Virus record (IMG/VR): IMGVR_UViG_3300029999_000001 | Location: 67,557-100,323 of that record | Strand: one strand, 5' to 3' | DNA: 32,767 bases | Source: a virus | Shown: positions 15,885 through 24,116 of the stretch, piece after piece | Numbering within the stretch: position 1 is the first letter of the stretch | Layout: each line of letters starts with the position of its first letter | Program-made: the position numbers and the translations under genes | The notes under the pieces: model-generated | What the model was told of the DNA's origin: nothing | The model's database searches: none | Seen by the model: only the letters and a program-made list of their open reading frames with translations

Positions 15885-16798
15885 GCTGCCGCCCCGTCCA
15901 GTGAGGCGATGAACTCGCGGATCTGCGCGCTGGTCGCGGCTTCTATGTCCACACCCGTCTTGATCTTGAGTTCGCTCTCAAGCTCAGCGATGTTGGTCCG
16001 GTGCTTCCCGGCGGCGACGTTGAGTTCCTTCCAGGCCGCGTCCAGGTCAGCAAGTACCTTCTTGCGGAAGTTCAGGTACGGGCCAAGCTGGCCCTTCGTG
16101 CCAGTCGCTGGGTCAGCGATGAAAGCGGTCAGCTTCTGCCGCTGATGCGCGGTGACGTAGATGCGCTGCGCGAGTTCCGTGATGCTGCGGCAGGCGTGTG
16201 CGTCGTTCGCGAGCGCCTGAGCGTCATTGTCGATCTCGTCGCCCGGTTTGGGTTCGGCTTGTGCGGGCTGCCGGGCGACCTGGCCGCGTGGTGTGCCGTT
16301 GCCGTTGCCGTCCGGCCGGGCCGGGGCGGCGTTCTCGAACGCATCCGCTGCGGACTGCTGGTGCCCGGCCTCAGCGGCTGCGCCGTCGTCGTCAGCGTCC
16401 GGGGCCGCCCCGGTGATCGCGCACAAGCAGTACCGGCGGTAGTAGGTGATCAGCGAGCCGGTCTGCTGCGGGCTGCCCGTTCGGCCGAACGGGACGAACC
16501 CTTCGTCCTTTTCCCCGGACTTGTGCACGAGCTTGTAGGAGAGGCCGAACTCCCCGTCGACCATGGTCGGCTTGGAGTTGAATGCCAGGCCGTGCTTGGC
16601 GAGCAGCGGCAGGACCGCCTGGCTCACGTCGGCAAGGTCGGCGTACTTGTACTTGGGGCCCTTCTTGCCATCCTTGGTGTCCCCGCCGCCAATGTTGCCC
16701 TTGTCGATGTGCGGCAGTTCGGCCTGCACCGCAGCGAGCGCGGTGTACAGGCTGGCTTCGCCAGCGTCGCAAACTTCGCAACCTCCGGGGCCGTTCAT
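15881..16798 (-). CDS. ERF-family single-strand annealing recombinase
   Basis: YKYADLADV...PLLAKHGL...HKSGE...QQTGSLITYYRRY.L.AITG...DDDG. Confidence 0.9.
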   Translation of the reverse strand: MNGPGGCEVCDAGEASLYTALAAVQAELPHIDKGNIGGGDTKDGKKGPKYKYADLADVSQAVLPLLAKHGLAFNSKPTMVDGEFGLSYKLVHKSGEKDEGFVPFGRTGSPQQTGSLITYYRRYCLCAITGAAPDADDDGAAAEAGHQQSAADAFENAAPARPDGNGNGTPRGQVARQPAQAEPKPGDEIDNDAQALANDAHACRSITELAQRIYVTAHQRQKLTAFIADPATGTKGQLGPYLNFRKKVLADLDAAWKELNVAAGKHRTNIAELESELKIKTGVDIEAATSAQIREFIASLDGAAA

Positions 16799-17085
16799 GC
16801 CGTCACCCCCGTCCCGGTCAGCAGGACGGCCGCCTCAGGCACCCGGGCTGCGATTACCCGTGCCTCAGCGTCGGTTGCGGCGGCCCAGAGCTTGCGGGCA
16901 ACCGGCTCCAGCTCATCCAGCCGGGCCTGAGCCGCCGCGTGGTCGTCGCACCAGCCGGGAATGGACTTGCGGCAGGCTTCGCAGGAGCAGCCGTCGCTGT
17001 CCCACAGTTCCTCGATGCGGCCCTCGACGATGCCGACGAGCTTGTCCCGGAGCGGGATTTCCGTCTGCATTGGCGTCGCGTTCAT
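16795..17085 (-). CDS. hypothetical protein (CSCEAC...CDDH)
   Basis: Coupled ORF (ATG 17085). Confidence 0.55.
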   Translation of the reverse strand: MNATPMQTEIPLRDKLVGIVEGRIEELWDSDGCSCEACRKSIPGWCDDHAAAQARLDELEPVARKLWAAATDAEARVIAARVPEAAVLLTGTGVTA

Positions 17086-17810
17086 GCCGCCGCTCCGATG
17101 GCTTTTGCGTTCACGTGGTACCGGGGGTGAGCGGCAGCCTGGCGGCAGGCGTCCCGCATCTGAATGGCCGGGCCTGCTGCTTCGGCTGTGCGCCGGATTA
17201 GCGCGTGCTCGGCGACGGCAGGCTGGCCAAGCACACCCCATGGGGCAGGAGTGCTCACCGGCCAGTAGCCGGGCTTCTGCTGGCATGCTGGGCATGTCCA
17301 GGTCCCGAACCAGTCCTTCCGCCACCCGCCCGCCTCCGCTGCCGCGTACAGGCTCACGAAGCCGCGGGTGGCGTACCGGGTGCTGGTCACGGTGCAGTTG
17401 CGGCCACCGCAGTGCACCGAGCACACCTGGCTGAACCGGTCATCGTCGCGGGCGAGGACGGCGGGTTCCGCGGCGCCGTAGCGGGTGAGCATGTCCGCAC
17501 GCTCCGCGGTCAGCGGGTCGTGCGCCGGCGGTTCCGGGACGTAGGGACGCGGGGCCGGCCTGGGCACCGGGGTGGCCGCGGGCTGCGCCGGGGGTGTGTG
17601 CGGGGCGTGGACTTCCACGTACGGTGCGGTCGGTACGTCGACCTTGCGCCAGGCACGGCGCGGGCGCGGCGCCGGGGGGCCCACATGGGGGTCCTCGCTG
17701 GTGGCGAACAGGCTGACGTTTTCCAGCGGGTGGGTGCGGTCATCGGGGACCGGCTTGCGCTCGACGGGGGTGATCTCGTGGCGGCCAGCCTTGCGGCTCA
17801 GGAAGCTCAT
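17082..17810 (-). CDS. hypothetical Pro-rich protein with Zn-ribbon-like motif
   Basis: C...C...GW......W.CPAC; coupled. Confidence 0.6.
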   Translation of the reverse strand: MSFLSRKAGRHEITPVERKPVPDDRTHPLENVSLFATSEDPHVGPPAPRPRRAWRKVDVPTAPYVEVHAPHTPPAQPAATPVPRPAPRPYVPEPPAHDPLTAERADMLTRYGAAEPAVLARDDDRFSQVCSVHCGGRNCTVTSTRYATRGFVSLYAAAEAGGWRKDWFGTWTCPACQQKPGYWPVSTPAPWGVLGQPAVAEHALIRRTAEAAGPAIQMRDACRQAAAHPRYHVNAKAIGAAA

Positions 17811-18088
17811 GCCGCCGTCACCTCGTCCGGCACTTCGAGGGTGAAGGTGAACGGCTGGACGGGCAGCCCGTCATCGAACTCGTCCACCCAGTACGAGACT
17901 TCCTCCGGTGTGACGACCGGGCTGTACCTGCCACCGGGCAGCCCGAAGTGGATGAATTCGGCTGTGACGTCAATGCTCAGCGGGTGCAGTGCTTCCATGA
18001 TCGCGAGAGCTACCGCGTCGCTGTCGGAGCTGCACTGCTCGCCGGTGTTGATGTGCTCAGCGGTAACACTGATCTCTACGGCCTTCAC
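17807..18088 (-). CDS. hypothetical phage protein (ISVTAEHI..G......AVALAI...FDDG.PVQPFTF)
   Basis: Coupled ORF. Confidence 0.65.
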   Translation of the reverse strand: MKAVEISVTAEHINTGEQCSSDSDAVALAIMEALHPLSIDVTAEFIHFGLPGGRYSPVVTPEEVSYWVDEFDDGLPVQPFTFTLEVPDEVTAA

Positions 18089-18453
18089 GCCGACGCCTCC
18101 GCTTCCGGTGCACGGGAGGTGATGGCATCAGTGATGCGCCACGTGCCGTCCTCGTCCTGCGCGCAGGTGTCCTTAAGGAAGGCCGTCAGCTTGATCATCA
18201 CGCCGTGCAGTTCACCGTCCAGGTGGAGGTAAGCCCTGCTGTTGTCTTCAGAGGTGACGATCTCGCTGGTGAAACCGCACGGAATCGCCTGCATCGCGGC
18301 GATCATCCGGCTCACCGGGTCCGGTGAGCTGAGGTAGTAGAACGTCATCGAGGCCACGCTGCCCTGGTGTGGCAGCGGCAGGTCATCGTTCTGCTCAAGG
18401 ACATCAGCGAGGTTGCGCAGGCCCCGGATGTAATCCGCCCGGTCGCCGCTCAT
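18085..18453 (-). CDS. hypothetical phage protein (YI.GLR.LAD.LE...DLPLP)
   Basis: RBS GAGGAG; coupled. Confidence 0.65.
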   Translation of the reverse strand: MSGDRADYIRGLRNLADVLEQNDDLPLPHQGSVASMTFYYLSSPDPVSRMIAAMQAIPCGFTSEIVTSEDNSRAYLHLDGELHGVMIKLTAFLKDTCAQDEDGTWRITDAITSRAPEAEASA

Positions 18454-18806
18454 GCCACGCTCCTCAGGCTCTCCAGCAGCTGCCGGGCGCGGAGTTTCTT
18501 CACGTACTCGGGGGTGAAGTGCGCGCCGAAACGGATGCCGTCGAAGTCCTTGTAGGCCTCGAACACGCCGTCACGGTTGATGGGCTTGACGTCAAGCCAT
18601 GCGGCGATGCCGGCGAGCCGGTCAACGCGGGCGCTGTCATCACCGCCGGGCATTGTGAAGCTGAAGGTCATGTTCGGGCGGCCGGTCGGTGGCATCGCCG
18701 GATGGGTCATCAGGTAGTTGGTGACGCTGACGGTGGCCGTGATGAGCCGGGCCTGCTCAGCGCCGTGAGCGGCGAGGCCTAGTTCATGGCTGGTGAGGCC
18801 GTGCAT
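18450..18806 (-). CDS. hypothetical protein
   Basis: RBS AAGGGG before ATG 18806. Confidence 0.6.
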   Translation of the reverse strand: MHGLTSHELGLAAHGAEQARLITATVSVTNYLMTHPAMPPTGRPNMTFSFTMPGGDDSARVDRLAGIAAWLDVKPINRDGVFEAYKDFDGIRFGAHFTPEYVKKLRARQLLESLRSVA

Positions 18807-18898
18807 TGCATTTCCCCTTCGTCCGGTTAAGCTGGGTGCTGCATTTCCTCCCGCTAGGACCCTCGGGCTGTTCCCCCGGGGGTCTTTGCGTTGCCGGG

Positions 18899-19036
18899 CT
18901 AGGCGGCGTCGCTGCTGGTCTGCGGTGGTTCCTCCCAGATGCGGCGCATGACCTGCTGCTGGGCGGGGTCCAGGTCGGGCCAGGTCGTGAGTTCGGCCTC
19001 GTTCTGGGCTGAGAGGGCCTCGGGGTGCTCGCTCAT
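18899..19036 (-). CDS. 45-aa peptide MSEHPEALSAQNEAELTTWPDLDPAQQQVMRRIW...
   Basis: Manually translated; ATGA overlap with the Cro-like gene. Confidence 0.55.
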   Translation of the reverse strand: MSEHPEALSAQNEAELTTWPDLDPAQQQVMRRIWEEPPQTSSDAA

Positions 19037-19323
19037 GCGGCGCGCTTGGTGGTTGGCTCGTCCTCTGCCTCGCGCCCGGCGAGGAAGCGGCGGAAGAAGC
19101 CGGGACCGAGCTGGTAGATCTGCTCGAAGGCGATGATCGTGGGCAGGCTGAAGTCCTGCCGCCGGGTCTTTTCCAGGTCGTAGACCATCCGGTAGTTGAG
19201 GCCGTGCTCACGACAGAAGACCGAGCGCCTGCAGTAGCGCGGGCTGATCTCGACACGCTTGCGGATCAGCAGCTCCGCGAGGGCCTTCCACCTGGCTTCG
19301 GGGAAGTCTCTGAGTTCGGGCAT
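19033..19323 (-). CDS. Cro-like XRE HTH regulator, first gene of the left operon
   Basis: HTH-like F..EHGLNYRMVYDLE..RR..F; divergent from its paralog. Confidence 0.75.
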   Translation of the reverse strand: MPELRDFPEARWKALAELLIRKRVEISPRYCRRSVFCREHGLNYRMVYDLEKTRRQDFSLPTIIAFEQIYQLGPGFFRRFLAGREAEDEPTTKRAA

Positions 19324-19329
19324 GCCTTG

Positions 19330-19359
19330 ACTCTACGAGCTTCACGGAGCTGAGGGCAA
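19330..19359 (-). promoter_or_regulatory. leaderless sigma70-type promoter TTGCCC-N18-TAGAGT
   Basis: -10 ends 6 nt before ATG 19323; no RBS. Confidence 0.6.
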
Positions 19360-19405
19360 GCCTGTCGTAGACATTCACAGAGAAATCCTGATCGTCATGG
19401 CCTGG

Positions 19406-19423
19406 ATAACATGGAGTTGTTAT
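19406..19423. promoter_or_regulatory. palindrome ATAACA-N6-TGTTAT, candidate operator
   Basis: Perfect 6-bp arms in the AT-rich intergenic region between divergent regulators. Confidence 0.45.
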
Positions 19424-19551
19424 GAGAAACTTTGCTAAACCTGTGCCCTGGCCTGCATGGATGCCATCGTGAGTGGTATGACTTGACGTGATGCCGAATG
19501 TCCCTCACGCTCAAGCTCCGGGGGCGTTCTCCAGACCCGAAGGGATGCCTC

Positions 19552-20124
19552 ATGGCACCGTCAGAGGCGGCATGGGAGCGGCTCGGCGAGCTCCTCACCC
19601 AGCGCCGTGCTCAGCTCAACCCGCGCTACGGAAAACGCACCACGTTCGCCGCCGAACGCGGCCTCAACTACCGTGTCGCCTACGAGGTCGAGCAGGCCCG
19701 CCGCCACAACTTCGGTGACGGGACACTCGCGGTGATCGAGTCCGCCTATGAGCTGGTGCCCGGCTCACTCAAGAGGACGCTGAACGATGGCCCGCTTGAG
19801 CCAGCCAGCCGGGCCTTGGTGCCGCCGGCACCCCCAGCGGGCGAGCCCAGTCACACCGTCTCCCCCACCACGGCGACCGCGATCGGGGTGCTCGTGGCAC
19901 CCGTCATATCGGACGTCACGGCCGAGGTTAACCGCGCCCGGATGTGGCGCCCGGATGCCACCGGGGAGCAGATTTTCCCCGATCGGCTTGAGGCGCGGGC
20001 CTGGAATCTGACGACGGCATGGCCGGAGCCGGATCGCATCGAGTACATCGCCTGGCTGCGCGTCCGCCGCGCTGATGGGCGCACTGCGGAAGACACCGGC
20101 TACCCTCCGCGCAGGGTGCAGTAA
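19552..20124 (+). CDS. CI-like repressor (XRE HTH plus C-terminal domain)
   Basis: W.RLGELL..RR..L...Y.....FA.E.GLNYR....VE..RR..F...TL..IE.AY.L.PGS; divergent arrangement. Confidence 0.78.
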   Translation: MAPSEAAWERLGELLTQRRAQLNPRYGKRTTFAAERGLNYRVAYEVEQARRHNFGDGTLAVIESAYELVPGSLKRTLNDGPLEPASRALVPPAPPAGEPSHTVSPTTATAIGVLVAPVISDVTAEVNRARMWRPDATGEQIFPDRLEARAWNLTTAWPEPDRIEYIAWLRVRRADGRTAEDTGYPPRRVQ

Positions 20125-20296
20125 GCCTCTCCCGGGCCCCTGCCGTATCACTTACGGGCAGCAGTGTTACGGTCACGTAACCCGCCCATTTTCTGGCATT
20201 TGCACTCAATTGCAACATAAGCTATCCAGTAGTCACCAAGCGCCTGGCCGACGCTAACGCCCTGAAATGGGGCACACAACGATCCCTGGGGGGGAT

Positions 20297-20620
20297 GTGC
20301 CCGACCGGCCATCGCTGCATGGCAGCGAAAGCGGCGCAATACTCAGGCGCCTGGAAGAGAAACTCGGGCAGGCGGCCGGAAGATGGCGCCACCTCAAACA
20401 GCAGTTTGATCATCTCTCCGCCCGGCATGAGAACCTCAAGCGCGAGCACCGCGCCCTCGCCGGGCAGAACGAGGCGCTCCGCAGGCAGCTGGCTGCCGAA
20501 CGGGCCACTGCCAGAGCCGTCCGGGAGATCACCTGGCAGGCCGCCGAGGAAAGCGCACGGGCCAGGCTCGGGTTCCCCGCTCGCCCTGGCGTGAACCGCT
20601 GGCCCGTGATGCGCGGTTAG
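20297..20620 (+). CDS. coiled-coil hypothetical protein
   Basis: Heptad-rich sequence; G-rich RBS before GTG. Confidence 0.55.
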   Translation: MPDRPSLHGSESGAILRRLEEKLGQAAGRWRHLKQQFDHLSARHENLKREHRALAGQNEALRRQLAAERATARAVREITWQAAEESARARLGFPARPGVNRWPVMRG

Positions 20621-20946
20621 TTCGCATTCTGATCCAAAGGGAAGAAAGTACGGGGGCGGACGGGGGCCCACGCGCCTGGCCGGGTGCCGGACCCCCGTCC
20701 GCCCGCTCCAAGCCCTGGCCGTAACGTCACACCAGTCAGGGGAGTTTTTAAGGCCGCCCGCCTGAGTTCGTCGGCCACTTCGGCGGGATCTGTGGAGATG
20801 ATCGCATACAGGCCGTCCCCGTTGCTGCCGTGTTTGCGTACCGCCTCGAACCGGCGTTTTCCGCGGCCCTCGATGAGCCGGAAGGCGAAGCCAGGGAAGC
20901 CGGCTTCGAGTCTCGCCAGTTGCCGCCACACGTTGTCCCGCCCCAT
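20617..20946 (-). CDS. hypothetical protein (L.RLEA.FPG..F...R.EAVR......AIIS.DP.E...EL)
   Basis: RBS GAGGA before ATG 20946. Confidence 0.55.
   Translation of the reverse strand: MGRDNVWRQLARLEAGFPGFAFRLIEGRGKRRFEAVRKHGSNGDGLYAIISTDPAEVADELRRAALKTPLTGVTLRPGLGAGGRGSGTRPGAWAPVRPRTFFPLDQNAN
20654..20704. terminator. 13-bp perfect inverted repeat near convergent gene ends
   Basis: GGGCGGACGGGGG-N25-CCCCCGTCCGCCC. Confidence 0.45.
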
Positions 20947-21074
20947 GGTCCTCACCCTGCGTAATCTGCGATGCACAATGACTGATTCACGTACCGTACG
21001 TCTGCAATTGCGTGAATGTCCAATGCAGGGGGCGCACGTGCATGAACGGTGATCCCAGGGACGGGCCCGGGGTG

Positions 21075-21326
21075 TCAAGCGGAGCAGCGGTCCCCGCCGT
21101 CGCACTCGCTGGCAGGCTCGTCATCGTCCGCATACTGTGCGAAGCCGCCGAGATCAGCCGTCTCCCCGCGCTCGGCCTGCTCAATGCCCTCGCGGATCTC
21201 GGCCACCAGCCCGGCCGACAGCTCACGCGCCTCCATCCGCTTGCGCCAGCGAGTATCGCCATCGCCCATCCGGCAGTCCGGGCAGGCGCATCCGCCCGAG
21301 CGGTAGCGGCCGAGCATGCGGCTCAT
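21075..21326 (-). CDS. hypothetical protein (CACPDC; IREGIEQAERGE)
   Basis: Coupled ORF. Confidence 0.5.
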   Translation of the reverse strand: MSRMLGRYRSGGCACPDCRMGDGDTRWRKRMEARELSAGLVAEIREGIEQAERGETADLGGFAQYADDDEPASECDGGDRCSA

Positions 21327-21466
21327 CGCCCGAACTCCCCGTAGACATCAAGCATCGCGTCAAGCTCGGCCGGCGTGAGTAGCGCGTCCCGCTCAATGGC
21401 AACCTGAAGCCGCAGGTTCGCTACCTCATCGTGGAGCTGGTCGAATAGTTCGCCTGCGCGGCTCAC
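21323..21466 (-). CDS. small hypothetical protein
   Basis: GTGA/ATGA coupling. Confidence 0.5.
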   Translation of the reverse strand: MSRAGELFDQLHDEVANLRLQVAIERDALLTPAELDAMLDVYGEFGR

Positions 21467-21657
21467 GCTTCCCGCCCCTCCATCAGCGCGTTGTGGCCCG
21501 CGCACGCCTCGGCGGCCAGCTCTGGGGAGTCCAGCATCCCGAGCGGCACATCATCGCGGGACGCCCACTCACCGGCCTGGGCGTACAGGGCCCGCCCGTT
21601 GTGGCTGCCCGTACGCCAGGGCAGCGACAGGAGATCAGGGGTCTCGGTAGCCATCAC
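21463..21657 (-). CDS. small hypothetical phage protein (PWRTG...R..YAQ......D..LG..DSPELA)
   Basis: RBS GGAGG; coupled. Confidence 0.6.
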   Translation of the reverse strand: MMATETPDLLSLPWRTGSHNGRALYAQAGEWASRDDVPLGMLDSPELAAEACAGHNALMEGREA

Positions 21658-22454
21658 GCCTCCCAGGTCATCGACTTCACGTTGAGCACAGCCCAGTTAG
21701 CGCCGTCGCCCTCGTCGCAGTCCAGGCCGGTGACCTCAACGGGCCCGTACCCGAAGTCGCACGTCCGCTGGTATGAGCGGTGCAGGTGTCCGTGGAGCAG
21801 GTGCGACGGCTGCACGGCATCAACGACGCGCTGGAGTAGTTCCCGGTGCGCGTCGCTGCGGGCGAGATCCCGCAGGTCCCAGAACGGGGGCGGCGGCGGG
21901 AATGTGTGCTTCACGCCGGATGGGCAGTCGTGGGTGACCATCACGTCGGCCCCACCTTCCACGATCACCTTGGCCGCCTGCTCTGCGGTAATCTCCTCCT
22001 CGGGCCACCAGTCTTCGCCCTCGGTGCGAATGGCCTTGTCCAGGCTCACCCCGCCGCCGAGCGCGAGCCAGAGACGCCCGTGCCACACCCATCGGCTGCC
22101 TCGCGGCTGCCAGTAGATGCGCGGCGCGATCTCGGTCTCGCCAATCCCGCCGGGGAACATCCGCCTGTTGCGCTCCGTCTTTTCCTGCAACTGCGCAAAA
22201 TCCTCATGGTTGCCGTCTATGAACCACAGCACCATGCCTGCGGCCCGCAGGGCCTCGCTCACCTGCCGCAGATACTCCCAGCCGGTATCGCCGGGCCAGA
22301 CGCCAAAGTCGCCGAGATGCAGGATTATCCGTGCGGCCAGCGGATTCTTATCGTCCAGCCGGCTGGCGGCCATGCTGATGACGTGCAGTGCCCAGTCGGT
22401 GTTGCCGTGCCAGTCGCCGGCGACGACGATGCGGCTGGTGTCCCGGTATCCCAT
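21654..22454 (-). CDS. calcineurin-like metallophosphoesterase
   Basis: GDWHG, LGDFG, DGNHE, THD, HGHLH; start uncertain (22454-22481). Confidence 0.9.
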   Translation of the reverse strand: MGYRDTSRIVVAGDWHGNTDWALHVISMAASRLDDKNPLAARIILHLGDFGVWPGDTGWEYLRQVSEALRAAGMVLWFIDGNHEDFAQLQEKTERNRRMFPGGIGETEIAPRIYWQPRGSRWVWHGRLWLALGGGVSLDKAIRTEGEDWWPEEEITAEQAAKVIVEGGADVMVTHDCPSGVKHTFPPPPPFWDLRDLARSDAHRELLQRVVDAVQPSHLLHGHLHRSYQRTCDFGYGPVEVTGLDCDEGDGANWAVLNVKSMTWEA

Positions 22455-22538
22455 GCCATCCATCATGCCCGTACCCGGCATCCGTCACGATCCAGTCACG
22501 GGAGCAAACCCGGCGCAATTGGGGCGCGTCGTTATCAC

Positions 22539-23204
22539 ATGAGCCAGCCACCGTATCCGCCGCAGCAGCCGCGATACGTGCCCAGCGAGAACTACCTGCC
22601 ACCGCAGGGACCGCCACCGAAGAAGAAGCGGACCGGGCTGAAGATCTTCCTCGCGAGCGCCGCTACGTTCGTCCTCGTGCTCATCGTCGTTTCGGCGGCA
22701 GCCGGCAGCCATAACAAGGGCACCCCGGCCGCGGCGGCGTCCTCCTTGCCGAGCCCGGCCGCTTCCAGCAGTGCAGCCCCGGCCCGCGCCACCGCAGCCC
22801 CGTCTCCCGCTCACTCCGCAGTGGCCAAGATGACAGCCGCGCAGACGGCGGCAATGAGCAGGTGGTACAGCGGCGCTACCGTGGTTCAGGCCGCCAATGT
22901 TTGCGGGGATGTCTACCGGGTCTATTCCGACAACGTCGCAGTCAACTCGGGGACCGGATCGTCCAGCCTGGAAGGCGACATCACCCAACTGCAAACGGAC
23001 GTTGCCGTCGCGCTGAGCAACCCTCCACCTGTCGCCGCTGATGCGGTGATCTGGAAAAGAGTCCTCAGCGCATACAGCAACGCTGCGGGCGGCCCGACCA
23101 ACTCGGGCTTGGTAGTAGCCGCCCGGAGCGCTAAGAACGCTGCATGGACATGGACCCCATCCTTCGGCGGAACGCTGCTCGTCTGCCTCAATGTGAGCAT
23201 CTGA
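22539..23204 (+). CDS. membrane-anchored extracytoplasmic protein
   Basis: Pro-rich N-terminus, KKKR + TM helix, Ala/Ser/Pro linker, helical domain with two Cys. Confidence 0.75.
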   Translation: MSQPPYPPQQPRYVPSENYLPPQGPPPKKKRTGLKIFLASAATFVLVLIVVSAAAGSHNKGTPAAAASSLPSPAASSSAAPARATAAPSPAHSAVAKMTAAQTAAMSRWYSGATVVQAANVCGDVYRVYSDNVAVNSGTGSSSLEGDITQLQTDVAVALSNPPPVAADAVIWKRVLSAYSNAAGGPTNSGLVVAARSAKNAAWTWTPSFGGTLLVCLNVSI

Positions 23205-23263
23205 CCAGCAGCGTCGCACTCCCCGGGCGTGACCATCCGGCCTGGCACCTCTTGCCGTCGCCG

Positions 23264-23473
23264 CTATTGCCCCGGCAGGTCGAACTCCCCGTTCTTTACT
23301 CCCTGAATGAAGCACTCCCACTCATGCGGGGTGAAGGCGTGGGGTGCCTTCGATCGGTCCTTTGTGTCACGGACGCCGATCCTGCCGTTGTGGAACGTGA
23401 CTTCGACGCAGCCAACATCGTTGCTGACGCCGGACTTGAAGAACTGTGCGCCATCCCACTCACCGTTGCTCAT
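23264..23473 (-). CDS. DUF397 protein
   Basis: FFKS..S....CVEV......GVRDTKD......FT..EW..F...VKNGEFD. Confidence 0.92.
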   Translation of the reverse strand: MSNGEWDGAQFFKSGVSNDVGCVEVTFHNGRIGVRDTKDRSKAPHAFTPHEWECFIQGVKNGEFDLPGQ

Positions 23474-24039
23474 GCCGCTTTGGTCCTTTCGTTGCTGATC
23501 TTGTGCTCTGCCACGTACTGCGCGAGCGGCACCGCGAACCGCATTGCCTTGTCGCGCCCACGCTGCGCGCGTTCAAGGAAGTCCTCATCGCGGTAAAGCC
23601 GGACGATCCGGATGCGGCCGTCCGTCTCGTAGACGAGCATGGCGAGCAGGTCGTCATCGAACAGCCAGTAGTCCGCGGTGGGCAGTCCGCTAGCCGCTGC
23701 CGCCGCACGGCTGATGATCCGCACATCCTCCCCAGCCTCTACGCTGGCCGGATAGCCGTGCAGTAGCGAGAACCGCGTGTACTCGCTGACCGGCTCGCTA
23801 ACGATGTGCACGCGCTCCATGATCCGGCCCGACTTCCGGACCTCGGTCACGAGCTTCTTCCAGGGTTCCCGCCACGCCGGATCGACCGGCTCGCCTGCCC
23901 GGAAGCGCGCGAGCGGCTCCCGTTCGTTCGGCGCGTCGTAGTAGTCCAGGGCTTCAAGCCGGAAGACACGCCGGGTGAACAGGCTCGTGAAGTCCTGCGC
24001 TAGCTGCTCTAGCGTGATCACGCTGTTCACGTTGCCCAT
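23470..24039 (-). CDS. DUF6879 family protein
   Basis: FRLE..DYY...E......F.AG...W...V......G..M.RV.IV.EP...Y.RF...AGEDVR...DYWLFDD. Confidence 0.85.
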   Translation of the reverse strand: MGNVNSVITLEQLAQDFTSLFTRRVFRLEALDYYDAPNEREPLARFRAGEPVDPAWREPWKKLVTEVRKSGRIMERVHIVSEPVSEYTRFSLLHGYPASVEAGEDVRIISRAAAAASGLPTADYWLFDDDLLAMLVYETDGRIRIVRLYRDEDFLERAQRGRDKAMRFAVPLAQYVAEHKISNERTKAA

Positions 24040-24076
24040 GTGTCCAAGGTAGACGCTGACCTGCATTCTGGCGAGA

Positions 24077-24091
24077 CTTAAGCTGACTTAA
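24077..24091. promoter_or_regulatory. operator-like palindrome CTTAAGCTGACTTAA
   Basis: 14/15 identical to 24971-24985; TTAAG-N4-CTTAA. Confidence 0.7.
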
Positions 24092-24116
24092 ACCGGACGA
24101 CTGGAGCAGCCGCCTA

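Noticed and set aside
21075-21466. Type II toxin-antitoxin pair (IREGIEQAERGE resembles antitoxin tails)
   Set aside because: No recognisable toxin adjacent and the similarity is too short.
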